From Octopus bimaculoides (Eukaryota), in contig NC_069006.1 in assembly GCF_001194135.2 (NCBI RefSeq), forward strand, positions 11,525,401 through 11,589,400: a stretch of DNA of 64,000 nucleotides, written 5' to 3'. How positions within the stretch are numbered: position 1 is the stretch's first letter; every line of letters starts with the position of its first letter. Under the pieces are notes generated by a model that was not told the origin of the DNA, made no database searches, and was given only the letters and a program-made list of their open reading frames with translations. A program made the translations under genes and the position numbers. This document shows, in pieces, positions 26,024-36,648 of this stretch.

Positions 26024-26314
26024 TAAAAGAATATGGTTAATGTAAATTTCTAAAATAAAATTAAAATGTATAAATAATAAACGATTCCTTCATTCTTTTG
26101 CGTCATTAACACTTTTTTAATTAGAAATATTTAAAGAAATTTAACTAAAAGAGTAAAATTGATAAAGACGGTGATATTATATTGATAAATCATCCCCTTA
26201 GTGCTCAAAATTGGTTTAAGTGTTTACCAGCCCTTTTGAATATAGTCACACTGCGAGGGAACAATTTCTACCACTTTACTGGCCCCTGGTTTAAACGGAA
26301 CATTAACGGTATCA

Positions 26315-26810
26315 NNNNNNNNNNNNNNNNNNNNNNNNNNNNNNNNNNNNNNNNNNNNNNNNNNNNNNNNNNNNNNNNNNNNNNNNNNNNNNNNNNNNNN
26401 NNNNNNNNNNNNNNNNNNNNNNNNNNNNNNNNNNNNNNNNNNNNNNNNNNNNNNNNNNNNNNNNNNNNNNNNNNNNNNNNNNNNNNNNNNNNNNNNNNNN
26501 NNNNNNNNNNNNNNNNNNNNNNNNNNNNNNNNNNNNNNNNNNNNNNNNNNNNNNNNNNNNNNNNNNNNNNNNNNNNNNNNNNNNNNNNNNNNNNNNNNNN
26601 NNNNNNNNNNNNNNNNNNNNNNNNNNNNNNNNNNNNNNNNNNNNNNNNNNNNNNNNNNNNNNNNNNNNNNNNNNNNNNNNNNNNNNNNNNNNNNNNNNNN
26701 NNNNNNNNNNNNNNNNNNNNNNNNNNNNNNNNNNNNNNNNNNNNNNNNNNNNNNNNNNNNNNNNNNNNNNNNNNNNNNNNNNNNNNNNNNNNNNNNNNNN
26801 NNNNNNNNNT
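26315..26810. other. Assembly gap; others at 30086-30772, 34683-34807, 41675-42160, 44159-44341, 46851-46950, 56885-57110, 60782-60830, 62436-62528
   Basis: Runs of N. Most abut microsatellites or TEs. Confidence 1.
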
Positions 26811-27781
26811 ATTTCAATTTTCTTAACATTAGAACATTGCTCAATTGAAATTCCTCAAGAATTGGTAAAGATTCGTATTTTGTTTTGTTTATATTATACG
26901 AATATCTAAAAACAGAAACTTTGATACATCCGTTTTAAAAAAGATCCATTCTTTCTACTATAGGCACTTGGCCTGAAATTTTCGTGGGAGAGGGTTGACT
27001 GGTTCTTGTTTATCTATCTATCTATAACTAAGTATCTATCTATTTATCTACCTATCTATATTAAGTATCTATCAATCAGTTTGTCTGCATCTCTATCTCT
27101 CTGTCTCTCATTTTCTGCCTCCTTCCCTTGTCTATGTCCTTCATCTCTTCACTTTCTGTTTCTCTTCTCTCACTGTAGGTGTCACGTAATGATGTTTGTG
27201 CGGTGTCGTGCAAAAAGCACCCAGTACACTCTGTAAAGTGGTCGGTGTTAAGAAGAGCATCTAGCCATAGAAACCATACCAAATCAGACTGGAGCCTGGT
27301 GCAATGGACATTAAATGATGATGATAATGATGATGAAGATCATGATATTCGATCTTCACTTTCGTTTTTATTTGTACTATTTCCAGTTCTTACGTCTGTC
27401 AAAGTTCTTTTGTCACACATCTCGTGAACTCATCAGTGACTCTGTCCCATGTGTCTCCTCTTGTCCAGCTTATTCCATTTCGTCTTTATATGCGCACACA
27501 CACACACATGCACACATACACAGAGAGAGAGAGAGAGAGAGCTAGAGGCACAGAGAGAATGATAACAATGTTGACAGATTGCTTTATTAGAACATGCTTA
27601 GGTCAATGACAAACTATTTAGTTATAGTAAAGTAATGTGTAGGTGTATATGTGTGTGCGCACGGGTGACAGACTAACAGATCCAGATTTAAGGGACATTT
27701 GGCGGCTATTTATAGCAAGTCATTGAGGTTCATTCATTGGTTTATAAAGGAGTTGTATGACCTAGAGCCAGCTATAACTAT

Positions 27782-27987
27782 GGTATTATTTGATTCTTTC
27801 ACCCGCACGATTTTCACTAAGGGGGGGGGGGAGTCGGATTTCTTGCATGGAATCAAGTACCCTCAACTCCTAATAAGGAGTTTGCAGCAGGATATTAGGA
27901 GGTCAGGGTACTTGATTCCACGCAAAAAATCCGAGGTTTTTTTTTTCCTAAGTGAAAATCGTGAGGGTGAAAGGATCAAAATTTACC
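27782..27987. mobile_element. 206-bp foldback MITE with 8-bp TSD, possibly Merlin-type
   Basis: About 94-bp inverted arms (GGTATTATTTGATTCTTTCACCC.. vs ..GGGTGAAAGGATCAAAATTTACC) around a 17-nt spacer. ATAACTAT duplicated at 27774-81 and 27988-95. Confidence 0.85.
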
Positions 27988-28803
27988 ATAACTATGCAGT
28001 CCCATGGTGTGTAGTCGGAACCGATGTCCAAGTTGTTACTACAGCTCTGCTTTACTATCGGGTTATACCATGTAGCCATACGACACAGCCGATATGTAGT
28101 GATGAATCGTACGAGGAACGAAATTCGATTTGTAGATTTGGATTTGCAACGTGAGAGAAAGGAGCAATGAAGCTCACAATCTCCTTCTCCTTAATTCAGT
28201 AGCGATGATCTGAAGTAGAAGTTTCTATATAGCTTCTTAACCGACTCGAAATAACAGTCAGATCTCCTTCAAATTACATTTAACAGTTTTGAAATTTCAA
28301 AAAGGCACAAGAAAGATATAGTCGTAAATATGCATAATAATGATAAAAATAAAAAAAAAAGGTTGGATGGTCACGACTGAAACGCTTTTGATCAGAGGCC
28401 TGTCCGATCCCGTTTAGCATGGGCAACCTTTTTCGAGAAGCGGCCCGTACGACAAAAGAATTGAAGGTAATTTTTCGTTTGCGATTGTCAATCAGAAAGT
28501 CCCGCGGTCTGAGTCAAACCAACGAAAACAACAACAGTTGTGATCTGTCTAAAGCGAAAGAATTTCTTTATTTACCTGTAAAAGGTATACATAGAGGGGA
28601 CACTACAAGGGACGAACACTTACATTCTTACAAAATCGTTTGGGTTGTAATGAAATGGAAAAAATTTAAGAAATTGGATGAGAGTGAAATAAAAATATAT
28701 ACAATTAAAAATTAATAAAATAATGTTCCGGGTTATTTTTTATATTTAACCCGCCTGTTTTTTATTTTTCCTTTGGTTTTTTCCTTCTTTTCGTCCTGAC
28801 CGC

Positions 28804-31800
28804 CTATTCTAACACGGCCCCATTCATTCTCAACTTCCTTACCACAGAAATCCATCTTTTCCCGAACGTACTTTGCGACAAGCACTTTTTCTCCAGACGG
28901 ATCTTTCTCGACAGGTGGAAGTTGAAATAGCGTACCAACCCGTGTCCGGAGATGAAGTGACCAGTCTCAATCCCTTTCGCTCGTGTCGTCCATACCGTAT
29001 CTTTCGGTATGGCTACTACGCAGAAAAACGATGCCTTCTTTTCCTTGTTGAAGGAAGAAGTCGGTACGATCTTAATCATGGGGAGGCGTCAAAACCATGT
29101 CTAGACAACCTCTCTCGAACCGGTAAGGCCGATCGGTAGCACAACCAAGCCAAGGATTTCTGGAAGTTATTCAGATACCTCGGCCCGAATGTACTTCCGA
29201 ACAGGTTGGTCAGTTGCTCCTCATCGAAGCACAGAGTCTCCCCCAGGACATCGTCGGACTTATGCTCTACCAACCCCCTATAAAAATCCGCAGTGGTAAC
29301 CTCGCTGCCGGTATTGCTCGTCCGAGAGAACAGAGTGAGTGCTTGTCTGCATTCTCTCTGCCATTCTCCCAACCTAGGTCTCCGCTTGATCCATGTACCT
29401 AGGTCCCTGGGGGACTTCAGTTGTGGAAAAAGTCGCTTGGCATGCGGTGACCACACCTGCTCACCATCTAGGTAGCACCAGAGATGTCTCAGCCTCAACG
29501 CGTACTTGCGCATCATCAACCAAGGCATCCCCAGCCCACCTTTTAAGGGTTTTTGACAGCAGATGGAGCACCTCACAAGTGGCGTTCTCTCTTTCCACCA
29601 AAAGCGAGAAAGGATCCGTTTCAACTTGGTCATCCACAAACCGAGGCAAGGCACGACGGTTAGACGGTAGGTTATCACAGATGCTATAAACACCTGTATA
29701 ACCTCGGCCCTTCCTAGCAAAGATAACGTCCTACCAGACCAGGTCTGGGTTATGGCCATCATCTTGCCCGTCACCTCGCTCCAGTTTTTCTCCACCTGGA
29801 GATCTGGTCCAAACCAAATTCCGAGCAATTTAACCGGGCCTTCCGTCCAGCGTCCGACGACGCTGTTGGGAGGCATCGACTTGCCACGCCAGGTGCCGAG
29901 TTGCAAGCCGACTGATTTCTCCTAGTTAATTTTTACCCCTGCCACCGCTTCGTATCCTTTGATGGCGTCTTCTACACGAGGTAGCTGCCCTTTGTCAGAC
30001 ATGATGATGGTAACATCATCCGCATATGCCGTCGCACTTCTACCGTAACACAGATCGCGCGAGTCTTCCCCCATAGTCCCCAACCNNNNNNNNNNNNNNN
30101 NNNNNNNNNNNNNNNNNNNNNNNNNNNNNNNNNNNNNNNNNNNNNNNNNNNNNNNNNNNNNNNNNNNNNNNNNNNNNNNNNNNNNNNNNNNNNNNNNNNN
30201 NNNNNNNNNNNNNNNNNNNNNNNNNNNNNNNNNNNNNNNNNNNNNNNNNNNNNNNNNNNNNNNNNNNNNNNNNNNNNNNNNNNNNNNNNNNNNNNNNNNN
30301 NNNNNNNNNNNNNNNNNNNNNNNNNNNNNNNNNNNNNNNNNNNNNNNNNNNNNNNNNNNNNNNNNNNNNNNNNNNNNNNNNNNNNNNNNNNNNNNNNNNN
30401 NNNNNNNNNNNNNNNNNNNNNNNNNNNNNNNNNNNNNNNNNNNNNNNNNNNNNNNNNNNNNNNNNNNNNNNNNNNNNNNNNNNNNNNNNNNNNNNNNNNN
30501 NNNNNNNNNNNNNNNNNNNNNNNNNNNNNNNNNNNNNNNNNNNNNNNNNNNNNNNNNNNNNNNNNNNNNNNNNNNNNNNNNNNNNNNNNNNNNNNNNNNN
30601 NNNNNNNNNNNNNNNNNNNNNNNNNNNNNNNNNNNNNNNNNNNNNNNNNNNNNNNNNNNNNNNNNNNNNNNNNNNNNNNNNNNNNNNNNNNNNNNNNNNN
30701 NNNNNNNNNNNNNNNNNNNNNNNNNNNNNNNNNNNNNNNNNNNNNNNNNNNNNNNNNNNNNNNNNNNNNNNNCAAAAGGCCTTGCACATCTCTTCTTGTC
30801 CTTGGATCTCCTGTCCATGCTCGTCTACCACAAACCTTATCATAGCCTCCACGCCACGTCGGGTTTCTTCCGAGCGAGCCCACCCGGCAGCGTTGGTACC
30901 ATTGCGGCCCAGTGCACGTATTTTAGCCCGGACTCTGCATCCTTCGTGTTTGGCATTGAGGTGTCGGTCCAGGGCCGATCTCGCCACCAACACTTGGGGT
31001 GCAGAGCCCATCCTCAGTGCCTCTTCTAATGCCTTAACTAATTCCCTTTCTACTCTAATCTGCTCTAGACTTAACTGCTTGCTAAATCTAATCGACTCAA
31101 GTCGAATGGTTCTTTTGAGGGCACTCAACCACCGGTTGTTAATCACAGAGCCAGTTAGTGCCCTCATTACTAACACCTTAATCTGGCTACGGTAAGTTTC
31201 TCAATCCAATAGGGACTTGTTTAACTTCCAATAGCCACATCCCTGTCTATGAACCTTATCTATATGCAGCCTACGCGTCACTAATTTGTGATTCGTGTAG
31301 GGTACATAGATAAAAACTAGACTTATCTCTAGTATTTACTATTATCCTGTCTATATAAGACCTGATAGATCCGGAACGCTCGGATTATCAAGTCTGTATC
31401 GATCTGCCAGCCTAAATCGCTTTAGCAGATTGATGAGGCGTGAGTTACTCTTCCTAACATTCGAGCCTACGCTATCCAGGCGTGCATCCAGAATAGCGTT
31501 AAAATCACCTAGCAAAACTAGTGTCCTTGATGTCACAAGAAAGTTCTCCAGGCGTCGATAGAAGTCATCCTGTCTGTCTGGCTTGCAAGGCGCGTAGATG
31601 CCAACCAACCTGAAGGCCTTACCTCTGTTTATCAGATCCAGAACGACCGACTCGTCTTCTGGGTCCACGAAGATCGTACGTGTCTGCAGGGCCAAGCTTT
31701 TCCGGAGCAAAACTACAACACCTCTACTCCCCGCTCCCGGCTAGGAGACATGATTTTCTCATAGCCATTCAGGAGAGTCGAGAAGGCCTGCAGCTTGTCC

Positions 31801-31934
31801 AGCCTGGTTTCTGTAGCAACCATAATATCAATTCTGTGTGACCTGAGGTCGTCGAGGAGGCAAGCCTGCTTCCTCTTCGAACCCAGGTCACAGACATTTA
31901 AACACGCAATGCATAGCGTAGCCATGTCAAACAC
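28804..31934 (-). pseudogene. LINE ORF2 (endonuclease + reverse transcriptase), with stops and frameshifts; RT core partly in the N gap
   Basis: EN in 31934-31351, linker in 31176-30773, AYADDVTII..YEAVAGVKIN*EKS..LGIWFG in 30085-29076, terminal piece 29079-28804. Confidence 0.9.
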
Positions 31935-31993
31935 GAAAGAGAAGGAAATTCGAGCTTACCTGCTCGTTTATCTTTCGAGGGGGATTATTCTCA

Positions 31994-33241
31994 TTATTTC
32001 TGACACAAGTTCCCCCCACCCTCCTTTCTTTCGTACAAAAATGGTTCAACCGGCGGGTTAAATACCTTCGGTAGTTCCTTCAGTTCTGCTATATCCTTTG
32101 GGTGCCCGTTCTTGAGTTCGTTGTATAGTTTTCGGGAGATTCTTCCCAACGTTACCGGGCTCATCTTATTGTCATTGACATCTAGTAACGTATTGTGATG
32201 AGGCCCAATGACCCCATCCAGATATTTATTACTGGTTTTGTATGCGATTGTCGCGGTGTCTTCTCTTTCAGGAATATCGATCGTCATCTATATAAATTGG
32301 TTTTCTTTCTTTTTGCCTTTTCCCTTCAGTTCGGGTTTCTTGATAATTTTGGTTTCTAGAACCGCTTCCTGTGTATTGGTGGACGACTCCATTCTTTTGG
32401 TTCTCTTACGTGACACCGTCTGGAAGCCCATATTTTCAGTAGACGGTGTCACAAATGACTCTGATTTCTCACCAATAGAAGCGGTCGCTTGCTGTGTAAC
32501 GGCCTCCTTGGCTGGAAGTGCCGCTTCTCAGTTTCAAAAGTGGAGGTGGTCGCCCGCTCTGTCACAGTCTCCGTGGCTGGGGGGACCGTCTCTTCGTTTT
32601 TCTCTTCCTCGTCTGCTTCCTTCTTTTTTTTTGTTGTTGGGCATTTTGACCTCAGGTGCCCTTTTTTCCACAATGAAAGCACCTGGGTCTTCTTCCCTCC
32701 ACATGTACTGCCAATACTGATTCTTCTACGTGTATCGTCTCGGGTAAACCTTCCAAATCCTGACTTGTTGCTTGTGCTAGGATCTCCAGAGTTTGACCCC
32801 GCTAATTCTGTGGGGTGTCTCTGGAGATCTGAACGATATTATTTTGTCTTCTCTCTTGTAGAGGAGTGTGGCAACGATCCATGTCACTACCACATCTAGG
32901 GGGATGTTCTTTATCTTTATCTGGGACGTTCTGCGTCCCAGATATAGAGGCAGAAGCATGACGTTTCCACATTGCAAGGTTCGATTTGAGAACTCTCTTG
33001 CCTTCTCAATCGACTCGAACCTTGCTTCAATGGTGGCGTATCTTGTGCCTCGGGCTAAGTACTTTATCTCGTTCACCACCGGACCGAGACACCTTTCAAC
33101 TGTGCTTTCTTCAAAAAACTCTAGTCTTTTCTTTTCTACATCGTATGTTTTATATATAATTGTCTTTTCCCCCTTTTTGTCTTGTTCCTTTATTTCACTT
33201 GGTGGTGTTATCTTGCTTTCGTCGTTTTCCTCAGTAATCAT
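31994..33241 (-). pseudogene. LINE ORF1 (gag-like, CX2CX4HX4C zinc knuckle), frameshifted
   Basis: Pieces 33241-32777, about 32800-32660 (..VHVEGRRPRCFHCGKK), 32682-32449 (GHLRSKC..) and 32287-31994 lie in different frames. Confidence 0.8.
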
Positions 33242-33630
33242 TCCATAGTAAGCCTGAATGTCTTACATTTTTAATGTAATCGTTTCACGTCCACCAACAG
33301 CGGAGGGAAAATTCATTTTTATTTTTTTCTATTTTGTTCTTCAACAGAAGACATTTATTTTATAAATATTAAAAAAAAAAATATTAAAAAATTCCACAAT
33401 TTTTGTTCCGAAGGGGAACGCGGTTCAAACTTAACCGCAAGCAGTAAACACAATTTATATATCCTTTCCCGTTGGGGGAGGATAACAGTTCACAATATTA
33501 ACACAGACAAGAAATTTTAACAACAAGCACGATGTAACAATAAGCAGGCAACAATTCTAACAACCTTCAAGGTAAACAGAAGCAACACCCCCACCTCCTT
33601 TCACACTACCAAGTGAAATGTTCGAGATCA

Positions 33631-33829
33631 ATCGAATCAGCCAATGAAATTCGTCGTTAAAATTCCAATCAACCAACCACCGTGCAGTATACATCGTCTT
33701 TACATTATTAGTCAGCGCCATTGTTCACAGCATCTTAATTGCTCGTCTTTCTGTGTCTCACCATAGAAATCTTGCTACTTCACTATTTCTCTGCCTTGCT
33801 GTAATTTCAGTTTATCATTTAAGGTAAGA
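33631..33829 (+). promoter_or_regulatory. Candidate promoter and non-coding first exon (about 33710-33823), possibly of CLIC
   Basis: CCAAT at 33641 (AGCCAATGA) and 33665, Inr-like TTAGTC at 33708-33713, ATG-free 114 nt, strong donor AAG|GTAAGA at 33823/4, inside the CpG-rich zone. The link to CLIC is inference. Confidence 0.4.
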
Positions 33830-34417
33830 ACCTCACTTTTATACCCGTCTTTTGTTAGGTGATTTCGTTAATATGGCTCCTTGACACTTCTGCATCACTA
33901 CTCTCCTGCCGCACACTAATAATAATAATAATCTTGTATTTACTACTTTTCTCATCTGTCTCCACTAATTACAACACGAGGACTGCCAACTTCTCTCTTT
34001 GTTCAACGTACACTTGTCTATTGAAATATATCTCCACACACACACGCACACACACATAATTGGGTTCATTTATGTATTTAATACACACACACACACACAT
34101 ATATATATACACACACACACACACATATATATACACACACACACTGAAGAATAACAGTCTATATATAATATATAGTTAATCTATGTATACACATACACAA
34201 TAACTAGGTGTAATATATATGTGTGTGTATATATATATATATATGTATATATTTATATATACACACATATATATATATAATCTGCATACATTTAATATCG
34301 ATATATTCTCATGTACACGTATAAATAATTGCGTACATTTTTATCTTCGGTTCATTTATGCATTTAATATCTTGATATGAATTATATTTACTGTTCATGC
34401 AGGTGTATGGAAAATAT

Positions 34418-34570
34418 GTAACCGGGTATATTATATCTGCAATAATAGGGGAAATACGTATCTGTATTACTTGGGTGAAGATAGTTATCTGCATTAACTG
34501 TACGATTAACTAAATGCATATATCTGCATTAATCGGGTGCATACACATCTGCATTACCTGGGTACATTTT
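34418..34570. repeat. Degenerate repeat of about 26 bp (ATATCTGCATTAC.TGGGT)
   Basis: Five recurrences of atctg(c/t)a(a/t)ta within 150 bp, most followed by gggt/gggg. Confidence 0.65.
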
Positions 34571-34638
34571 ATATCCTTATAAATTATCTGTGTCTGCATC
34601 TATGATAATTCCATGATATATATGTATGTGTGTGTGTG

Positions 34639-34682
<44 letters not shown>

Positions 34683-34807
34683 NNNNNNNNNNNNNNNNNN
34701 NNNNNNNNNNNNNNNNNNNNNNNNNNNNNNNNNNNNNNNNNNNNNNNNNNNNNNNNNNNNNNNNNNNNNNNNNNNNNNNNNNNNNNNNNNNNNNNNNNNN
34801 NNNNNNN

Positions 34808-34854
<47 letters not shown>

Positions 34855-36431
34855 TTACACTATCTCGTTATACTAAGCAGCAGTCCAACTAGAAATGCCA
34901 TGTTTAACCCTTGGTCTGTCAAGATCGTGTTGACCTATGACCAATGCGTTATAGGTCAAGACCACCTCGTCATATATTCGTAGGGACTACATTAGCCAAT
35001 GTGTTCTTCCTTAAGACATCAGGGTGTCATCTGCGGTAGATTTGGCAGTTCTAGCGAATCGATCGACTACATAGAGTATTCTGTCTCATTGTGATTCGTA
35101 CCCTTTCTTTTCAAGTATATCCAACATTTCTTTGGTAAGATTTACCATTTCTTTTACATATTTGTGTGTGTGAGTATATATGCTTATACGTTTGTACGAA
35201 TATGTGGCGCATATACACTGAAAAGCATTTTGAGTCGTTATTTAGTGGTATATATAAAATGTGTGTACTGTTTGATGAACGACTGCTACGGATGAGTTTA
35301 GAGCTCCTATCATGATGCAGTAAAGTGTTCGTCTGATAAACTGTTGACGACCAGCATCCAATCACACTTGGAACGTTCCTTGTAGAAGATTCAAATAACC
35401 ACAAAGGTGAAACGTACGTAGGGTACAAATGATATAAACTTGTAATATTTCTCATATAATATATACACATACGTGCTTTATATTCATGCACGCGGTTCAA
35501 AATTGTCCAAAAAAACATACAACAAAAACAGATGAGGAAACAGCAAAGGTGTATTATTAGTTTGACGCTTAGTAAAAATGGAAGAGTCTGACGTTTCAAG
35601 CCTATGCTCTTCTGTGTATATTTAGCTCTCATCCTTTTTGCATTATTGTTTTCTTTGTGTCAGTGATGAATTTGACTTTGGCCATGTTAGGGCATAGCTT
35701 CAAAAGTTTGATTGATTGCATTGTTCTCCATTTTTTTGAACCACTATGTTATGGAGCCCCAAGAACAACACAAATAGTGGCAGCTTTTAGACAAGTCTAA
35801 GTACAAATACACATTTATGTACTCACACACACAACTGGTTTTTGCTTATTTTTTTTCTGTGTACTAAATTTCTCTGATAATCAACTCTTGGCTTTGGAGG
35901 GTTGTGCAGCTCTATTGAACCTGGAACTAAGCGAATGCAAGGTGCCTATGTAAACATACATAGACACTCATGTTAGTGAGAACTGCTATGTGGATACTTG
36001 ACTTTTTAGAAATAACTGCAAAGTTTTTTTTCTAAAGGAAGGGCAAACACATTAGGCAAGGTTGTAAGGTTCTCCTAGATGAAAAGACAGTGCAGTTATG
36101 GCGGGAATGCTTACTTTTAACATAGGTCCACGCTATCAGTATAGAATTGGAGCTAAACAACAATGTATACATGCTTTTTACATAAGCGCATTTCTCTCTC
36201 TCTTTCATCATCATCAAAGCACTCTCTCTCTCTTTCTTTCTTTTGTCATCATCATAAGCACTGTCACACACTCATTATGGAACTTCCTATCAAACTCACT
36301 TACAAGACTTGGGTCCGCTTGAGTAGAAGACACTTGTCCAAGGTACTGTAGAGTGGGTCTGAATCTGGAACCATGTGATTGGGAAGCACACACACACACA
36401 CACACACACACATTCATATATGTGTGCACAT

Positions 36432-36648
36432 CTTATTTTTCTACTAGGCACAAGGCCCAAAATTTTTGGAGAGTGGGCCCGTGAGTTTGATTAATCCCAG
36501 TATGCAACTGGTACTTAATTTATCAACCCCGAAAGGATGAAAGACAAAGTTGACCTCGGCGGAATTTGAACTCAGAACATAATGACAGACGAAACACCAC
36601 TAAGCATTTTGCCTGGCATGCTAACATTTCTGCCATCTCGCCGCCCTT
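36432..36648 (-). mobile_element. Family B SINE with 12-bp TSD
   Basis: Well-preserved copy flanked by ATGTGTGCACAT (36420-31) and ATGCGTGCACAT (36649-60), one CpG-type mismatch. Confidence 0.85.

Larger units (their letters stand above)
24987..26288. mobile_element. hAT (Charlie-like) non-autonomous element carrying three nested SINEs
   Basis: Ends CAAGGATCAGCAAAC / CTTTACTGGCCCCTG (imperfect TIR), flanked by 8-bp GTTTAAAT (24979-86) and GTTTAAAC (26289-96). Confidence 0.65.
28561..33600 (-). mobile_element. L1-clade (Tx1-like) non-LTR retrotransposon, near full length, decayed
   Basis: ORF1 with CCHC knuckle, then ORF2 with APE endonuclease (LNV.., ATET, GIYAP, LLGDFNA), RT (YADD at 30015-30026) and C-terminal region. 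AATAAA on - strand at 28567-28572. 5' boundary is approximate and no TSD was found. Confidence 0.92.

Noticed and set aside
26182-26844. Long ORFs spanning N gaps (also 29922-30818, 41613-42362, 44001-44644, 56785-57124)
   Set aside because: Their length comes from untranslatable Ns.
27699-28154. 151-aa ORF
   Set aside because: It runs through the foldback MITE, starts at TTG, and has no recognisable domain or splice context.
28873-32899. + strand ORFs antisense to the LINE (e.g. 30782-31195, 32208-32720, 32489-32899)
   Set aside because: Shadow frames of GC-richer LINE coding sequence.
33560-33660. U2/U1 snRNA or tRNA target site for the Tx1-like LINE, and a TSD
   Set aside because: The flanks do not match recalled U1/U2 sequences, and the left flank (..CTAAAGCGAAAG) was not found again at the 5' side.
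35111-35632. 173-aa - strand ORF
   Set aside because: No motif or coding-like composition, no supporting splice sites; partly microsatellite-derived.
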